From assembly GCA_948514155.1 (NCBI GenBank), contig CAOQYA010000003.1, positions 6,057 through 70,056 of the forward strand: a DNA stretch of 64,000 nucleotides, in the 5' to 3' direction. The notes beneath the pieces are model-generated. The model did not search any database and was not told the origin of the DNA. It saw only the letters and a list, made by a program, of their open reading frames with translations. Position 1 is the stretch's first letter. Every line of letters starts with the position of its first letter. The DNA is from an uncultured Eubacteriales bacterium. Its GTDB lineage: Bacteria > Bacillota > Clostridia > Christensenellales > UBA1242. Both the position numbers and the translations under genes were made by a program. Below, piece by piece: positions 58,639 through 64,000 of the stretch.

Positions 58639-58777
58639 TTGCGCTTCTCCTTATGAATGCAAAAAAGTTAAAAAAACGACAAAAAAAGGGCATAAAGCAC
58701 CCATGTTGTGCCTCATTATACCCTTTTTTCAGTTTAAAATGTCATTTTTTTACCCACTTGCACATATTGTCTTGGCC

Positions 58778-58806
58778 ATTTTAGCACATTTGTAAAAATT
58801 TGTCAA
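58778..58806 (-). promoter_or_regulatory. Putative SigA promoter of rpoBC
   Basis: Minus strand: TTGACA, 17-nt spacer, TAAAAT, about 140 nt upstream of the rpoB ATG. Confidence 0.55.
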
Positions 58807-58833
58807 CAATTTTTTAAAATTTTAGCAAATTTT

Positions 58834-61800
58834 TTACTGCAAGTTTTGTTCGAAGCCAAGTTGTCCAAATGAGCCGTTTTTGCAAGTCCAAACAGAACTA
58901 TTAAACTTTTCGAAGAATTCGTCTTCATTCTTAAATAAAGCAAATGCGTTTGCAGGCGACACGTCTTGTCCCAAGCCTGTCCATTCATTAAGTCCTGCAA
59001 CATCTTTGCCATATTCATTTTGATTTACAATGATTTTGGAATTGTAACGCCTTGCCTTCAAAGTTGTGAAGCCTTTTGCAAGGTCGTCGTCGAGAACTTT
59101 TAAGCGCTCGTCGTCGTCTGACGCTGGCAAAACATAACTATAGATTGAAGAGTTATAAACATTATTTGCTTCTGTTAAATTAATCTCGTAAGAAATGTCT
59201 GAAACATCTTCTGGCGTTTCGTTCGCTTTTAGAACAAAATCTCCAATCTTGCAATCTTTATAGAATTTTGCCTCTCCTGTTGTGCTAGCCTCTCGAATTC
59301 TTCCCACCTGCTGCGTCTTCTCACTTGAAGACTTGTCTTCCACTATGATGTTATAGAGCGATGTGGTGTAGATGTTCTCGAGGCTCGCGGAGGCTTTATC
59401 ATTAAGCCCCACAATTGCGCCAAAGTTTGCAGTTATTTGGGTGGAATAGGTGTAAGTCTCCACAAATATGTCCGCCCAAGAATATGCATCCGTTATCTTA
59501 AGGCTGGAGCCTTCTGAAAGTTTGCCCACCATGCCTCCGATAACCGGGTTTTGATTTTGACCTTTAAGCGTGAATGTTCCTTCTTTAATTGCAAGCTGGG
59601 AAATGTTAAGTTTTCCGTTTTTTGCAACTTGACCAACAGCTCCGCCAACGATGCCTCGCGCTTCAATGTTTGCCCTAACAATCGCTTGTTCAATTTTGTT
59701 TTCTGCGCCCTCAACAAGTCCAACAATTCCGCCGACATATTCCACGGTGTTAACTTCAAGGCTGGCGTTTGGCTGATTTGCGATTGTGAAGCCTTGGCTC
59801 ATGAGCGCACTGGAAATGGATGCTCTGCCCCTCATTATTCCGGCAATTCCGCCCACGCTCTTTGGCACATACATCTCAAGTGAGAAAGGTTGGCCATTTT
59901 GCTGCTGAGAGTAAACATATGCGCCGTTAAGGTTTCCAAGGTGCTCGCCGACGATAAGTCCGCCATAGACATGCGCTTTAACTTTCATTTCTTCGTTCAT
60001 TGTAAGTTTGATGTTTTGCGCGACTGTTCCAAGGCTTGTTCCGCCGAACATCAGTCCCGCCTTTGCGCCAATAACATTTATCGCGCCAATTGGCGTTTCA
60101 ACATTTGTCACCCTGCCCTGTCCTGCAAGCATGCCGACAACGCCGCCGGCGTAGGACACAAGGTCAAGGTCGGTCGCCTCTTGTTCAAGCAGTTGCGGAA
60201 TTTTTGTGGCAAATGCGCCAATGATGGAGTTTATATTCTTCACATCATAGTTTGCCGACGCCCTTCCGATAACGCCGCCGACAATATTCTTTCCGGAAAC
60301 GATAACAAGTTCCTCGCCCGGAGCAACTTCCATTCCGGCGGTCGAGCCGAACACGCTGACATTGTAGATGTTCGCGTTTTCCACCGAGCCGGCAAGTGCG
60401 CCCACAATTTTAGCGTTGGTGAAGAGCACTTGTCTTGGGATAAGTGTTAAGTTCATAATGGAGGCACGATTATTGCTGTCTTTTCCGCTAACTCTGCCAA
60501 AAAGTCCTGCGCTGTCAAGGCTTGCCTGTGAGGAAATCTGAATGCCGTGCACTGTCATGCCATTGCCTTCAAGATTTCCGCGGAAATCAACATTGTAGAG
60601 TTTCGTGTAGTTGGAAATCTGGCCGGAATAGTCGATGTCAGTCACAATTCTTGCATTTGCCTCTGTGATGTTCGTTGGGTTTGCAAGATAACTTTCCATA
60701 GTTTCAGCCGAGTATATAATGTGTGGGTTTTCGGCCGAGCCGTCTTCTGCGCCAATGATTTTATCTGTCTCATATTGATTGAGCACAACGCCGTCAACAG
60801 TTATCGTTCCCACCCAGTTCTTGCGGCTTCTTGCCCTGATGTTTGAACTCACAAGTTCCAGTCTGCCGCCAGAGAAGGTTTTGCCCACAAAATATGAGTT
60901 TCCTGGCTCACCCTCGCCGGTGAAGAACCACACAGAATTGTAGTTTGGAGTTTTTGAATATGCAAAGTTTGCAAAGTGTTTTTCAAGTTCGCTGAATTCA
61001 TTTTTCGAGTCAGAGTATTCCAATTTTTGCACGCCCGCGTGCTCCAGTTTTGAAAGAGCAATATTGATGTTATCGCCTTTGATATAGAAGCAATCAGCAA
61101 AAGTTCCCTCGCCATTTCCGGCGAAATAGTAGTTAACATCGCGATAGTCGTTCATAATCTTGCTTGTGGAGAACGCTCTTTCAATTTGGCCGTTGTTCAC
61201 AAATGCAAAGCCGGCACTATTCGATGTTGTTGAAACAGGAATGTTAGAATAGCAGTCAACAATTTGACCTTCATTTTTGAAAACGAAGCCGCCGACCGGC
61301 ACGCTGGAATTGAGCGCGCTTAGTTCGCTATCGGAATAAGGCTTTTCTTTGTCAACAATTCCCGACGAGAAGCTTGTCAGAATTTTCGCGCTTTCAGAGT
61401 TGACTGCAACAAGTCCGCCCATGCCGAAAACAGTGTTGTAACTCGATAGGCAAGTTAAATGTCCGCCGCTGAACGCCGACGAAGCAATAACGCGCTGATT
61501 TTGTCCAACAAGTCCGCCCATATTGATAAGGCTGGTTGCCTTAATTGAACTTAGGCTGTTTGTGATATAGCCGCCATTTGTTCCGACAACGCCGCCGAAA
61601 TAATAGTTATTAGTGTTTGGAATGCTCTCAAAGTCGAGATACATTCTTGTCTGCTCGCCGCAAAGCACATTGGCATTTGTGATTGTTCCGTTGTTTGTTC
61701 CTGCAACAAGACCGAATGAAAGCGAACTTGCTGCTGCAGATTTAAATGTCACAGATGGGCTGATGTTTTCGCCATTATCGCTTTGCTCACCCACTTGAAT

Positions 61801-64000
61801 GGTGATGTTCTTAAGCACTGTGTTTTGAGAGATTGTGCCAAAGAGCCCCGCCGAAGAGTTGTTTGCGATATTGTATGTCGCATCCTTAAATATGAACTTG
61901 TAGCCGTTGCCGTCAAGGTATGCAATCGCCTTGTTAAGTGGCTCGAACTTATCTGCCGGCACAACAATGTCACTTGTTAGTATGTAGTAGCCGCTTGCGT
62001 CCATGTTCAAGAAGTCGTCATAACTTGCAATTGGGTTCGGGCTGACTTCGGAGCCACGAAGATATGAGTAAATATCAACTTCGGTTGCAACTTGTTTGCG
62101 ACCTTGGTCGTTTTCACTTTTTGAAACTTGATATTTTCCGTTTTCAATCTTGTAGAAAACTTCAGTTGTGATAAAGAAATGCCTGTCTTCTGGAATGTTC
62201 GAAAGCATTGGCACAAACGACAAGCCCGCCGTTGTGAGATATTTCGTTTTTATTGAAGTATTCTCCGAAATAATGCTTCTCGTGCCACTTTCTGTTGTGA
62301 TTGGATGCGGCTTAGTTTGAACGCCGACTTCGTTATTAATGTTAAGGTCGGTGTAGAGCGTCCATGTCGCACTTTCCGTGAGTTCGTTTAAGAATGTTGA
62401 AACACTATTTGCAACTTCCGTATTTTCAGAGTTATATTCAATCATTCCGTCGAAAGCAAACTTAAGGTTTTTGCGCTCGCCAATTGCTGAGGTAATCGTG
62501 TTGTTATTGCTGTATGCAAGAATGTCGGACCTGTCGCCTTCAGAGTAGGAGTAATTGATTACAAAATCTAATATATTAAGTTCGATATAATCTTCCGCCT
62601 GCACAGGCTCGCCGAATTCGTTAATTTTTTCTGCGATAAGCCCAAGACTAAAGTTTTCTCCAACACTTGCCACATTATTTGTGACAGACAGATATGTTTT
62701 GCCCTCACGCTCAATTATGCTTGCAAGTTGCGGGTGCGAAACAGAGATGTCGAAATCTGTGTAGCCAAGCGCGCTGATGCTAAGTTCATATTCAACACCT
62801 CTCGCAACTTCCCTCTTGTCTTCGCCGGCCGCAAGCCTGATTGAGACAGCGTCTTTCTTGAAGAGTGGGAATTCAAAAGTTTGAACTTTGTCTCCTGTCG
62901 ACTGATGCACCCGCACATCCACGGCCACATGCTGGCCGTCAATTATGCTGATGTTTGAGAAGATGTAGCGAAGGTAGAACTGACCATTGAAAGGCTTATC
63001 GATGCCACTAAACGCCTTTTCGATTGCGTCTCTTGAAATTCGGATGCCGCCCTGCACGGCTTCCGCGCCCGGCAACTGAACAAATTCAAGGCCTTCGCCA
63101 TTTGAAGTTGTCTGAAGATAGCCAAACACAAACGACGCTTCGCTTGCGCCTTGAAGGCTGTTAAGTGCATTATTTGTGATTTGAACATATTCAAAGTCTG
63201 CATCCACTGGCGAGAGAGTTATCGACATATAGCCGTTTTGTCCCGGAATGATAACTTGGCTGTCGCCTTCGTCAAGGTGCCCTGTTATTTTTGAGTAGTT
63301 GGAAAGGGAGATAACATCCACATTTTCGCGGGTCAGTTCAATCGGAATAGATTTTAAAACTTCCCTTTGCGACGATGTGAAAAGTTCAAGATAGTATGTT
63401 TTATATATGTTGCTGTTAAGTCTGTTTTGGAAGGCAAGCGAGGTTTTATCTACGCAAATTTGCGCGTCCCAAACAAGCCTGTTTGCATTCTTATCTAAGT
63501 TCACATGAAACAAGCTGTCTTCTTTAGAGCCATCTTCTTTATATGTTGCGATGTCCCTTCCTTCGTCGTCGACAATTCGATATAGAAGCATATCTTTTGG
63601 GTCGTCCGATAAAACTTCGAAAACATCAAAAACATCCATGCTCGAAGAGAGCGGATAGTTGTCTTTTGTGTTGAAAATTGCACTTGCGCCTTCGTAGTAG
63701 TCGATTGTAACTTTCTCAAGCGTGGTGATATCAAGAGAATATCTTTTTCCCGCCACATTGTAGGAAAGGTTGGCTTTGAGATTAATAACATCTTGCATTG
63801 ACGCTCCGGCGCTTGCAGCGTCCGGCTTTTTGGAGAAGGAAATGCCGTCTTTCAGCAATTCATAGTTTCCATATGCTAAGATATTCTCAACTTCCGCCGA
63901 AACAGAGGTGTTTTTCTTAAGAAGTATCACCTGTCCGCCAATGTTCACATATCCGTCACGAGAAATGGAAACATTTTCAAGGTTAGTTTGTCCGTTTTTT
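58834..64000 (-). CDS. Giant GLUG-repeat surface protein (more than 1,700 aa; N-terminus lies beyond the right edge)
   Basis: The frame stays open from 63948 to position 64000 (KNGQTNLENVSISRDGYV precedes the GTG listed by the ORF track). More than 15 G-G-(I/L/V)-(V/I)-G blocks (GGVVGTNGG, GGLVGQNQ, GGLVAVNS, VGGVIGRAS, AGGVVGMLAG, VGGIAGIMRG, VGGIVGLVEG, IGGMVGKLSE). Confidence 0.75.
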   Translation of the reverse strand, partial: KNGQTNLENVSISRDGYVNIGGQVILLKKNTSVSAEVENILAYGNYELLKDGISFSKKPDAASAGASMQDVINLKANLSYNVAGKRYSLDITTLEKVTIDYYEGASAIFNTKDNYPLSSSMDVFDVFEVLSDDPKDMLLYRIVDDEGRDIATYKEDGSKEDSLFHVNLDKNANRLVWDAQICVDKTSLAFQNRLNSNIYKTYYLELFTSSQREVLKSIPIELTRENVDVISLSNYSKITGHLDEGDSQVIIPGQNGYMSITLSPVDADFEYVQITNNALNSLQGASEASFVFGYLQTTSNGEGLEFVQLPGAEAVQGGIRISRDAIEKAFSGIDKPFNGQFYLRYIFSNISIIDGQHVAVDVRVHQSTGDKVQTFEFPLFKKDAVSIRLAAGEDKREVARGVEYELSISALGYTDFDISVSHPQLASIIEREGKTYLSVTNNVASVGENFSLGLIAEKINEFGEPVQAEDYIELNILDFVINYSYSEGDRSDILAYSNNNTITSAIGERKNLKFAFDGMIEYNSENTEVANSVSTFLNELTESATWTLYTDLNINNEVGVQTKPHPITTESGTRSIISENTSIKTKYLTTAGLSFVPMLSNIPEDRHFFITTEVFYKIENGKYQVSKSENDQGRKQVATEVDIYSYLRGSEVSPNPIASYDDFLNMDASGYYILTSDIVVPADKFEPLNKAIAYLDGNGYKFIFKDATYNIANNSSAGLFGTISQNTVLKNITIQVGEQSDNGENISPSVTFKSAAASSLSFGLVAGTNNGTITNANVLCGEQTRMYLDFESIPNTNNYYFGGVVGTNGGYITNSLSSIKATSLINMGGLVGQNQRVIASSAFSGGHLTCLSSYNTVFGMGGLVAVNSESAKILTSFSSGIVDKEKPYSDSELSALNSSVPVGGFVFKNEGQIVDCYSNIPVSTTSNSAGFAFVNNGQIERAFSTSKIMNDYRDVNYYFAGNGEGTFADCFYIKGDNINIALSKLEHAGVQKLEYSDSKNEFSELEKHFANFAYSKTPNYNSVWFFTGEGEPGNSYFVGKTFSGGRLELVSSNIRARSRKNWVGTITVDGVVLNQYETDKIIGAEDGSAENPHIIYSAETMESYLANPTNITEANARIVTDIDYSGQISNYTKLYNVDFRGNLEGNGMTVHGIQISSQASLDSAGLFGRVSGKDSNNRASIMNLTLIPRQVLFTNAKIVGALAGSVENANIYNVSVFGSTAGMEVAPGEELVIVSGKNIVGGVIGRASANYDVKNINSIIGAFATKIPQLLEQEATDLDLVSYAGGVVGMLAGQGRVTNVETPIGAINVIGAKAGLMFGGTSLGTVAQNIKLTMNEEMKVKAHVYGGLIVGEHLGNLNGAYVYSQQQNGQPFSLEMYVPKSVGGIAGIMRGRASISSALMSQGFTIANQPNASLEVNTVEYVGGIVGLVEGAENKIEQAIVRANIEARGIVGGAVGQVAKNGKLNISQLAIKEGTFTLKGQNQNPVIGGMVGKLSEGSSLKITDAYSWADIFVETYTYSTQITANFGAIVGLNDKASASLENIYTTSLYNIIVEDKSSSEKTQQVGRIREASTTGEAKFYKDCKIGDFVLKANETPEDVSDISYEINLTEANNVYNSSIYSYVLPASDDDERLKVLDDDLAKGFTTLKARRYNSKIIVNQNEYGKDVAGLNEWTGLGQDVSPANAFALFKNEDEFFEKFNSSVWTCKNGSFGQLGFEQNLQ

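Overview
This is a chromosomal segment of a low-GC, endospore-forming Bacillota (Clostridia-like) genome. It is almost fully coding, mostly on the minus strand. The housekeeping backbone comprises comEC-holA, murC, cca, a P-type ATPase, ftsH, a gerA-type germination operon, leuS, rplJ-rplL with an L10-type leader, secG-rnr-smpB-ssrA (tmRNA), dapB, rpoB-rpoC, and two tRNAs (Glu-CUC, Thr-GGU). Several visibly AT-richer accessory islets interrupt it. (i) XRE / acidic ORF / MazF. (ii) Three tandem XRE paralogues plus a YpsA-type SLOG protein and an HTH-Fic protein. (iii) A translationally coupled PRTase / DprA-like / HAD operon directly downstream of tRNA-Thr; I read it as a ShosTA-like toxin-antitoxin/defence module with an extra third gene, and it is the best candidate for a novel system in this window. 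(iv) Two very large GLUG-repeat surface proteins, one with its signal peptide out of frame at a T8 tract. Both tRNA genes are followed about 240 nt downstream by an exact copy of their own 3' end. The enclosed segments have no ORFs, are rich in hairpins, and share short sequence blocks, so they may be att scars or miniature integrative elements. I saw no CRISPR array, rRNA, transposase or integrase. All functional calls come from motif recognition by eye and need HMM or BLAST confirmation.
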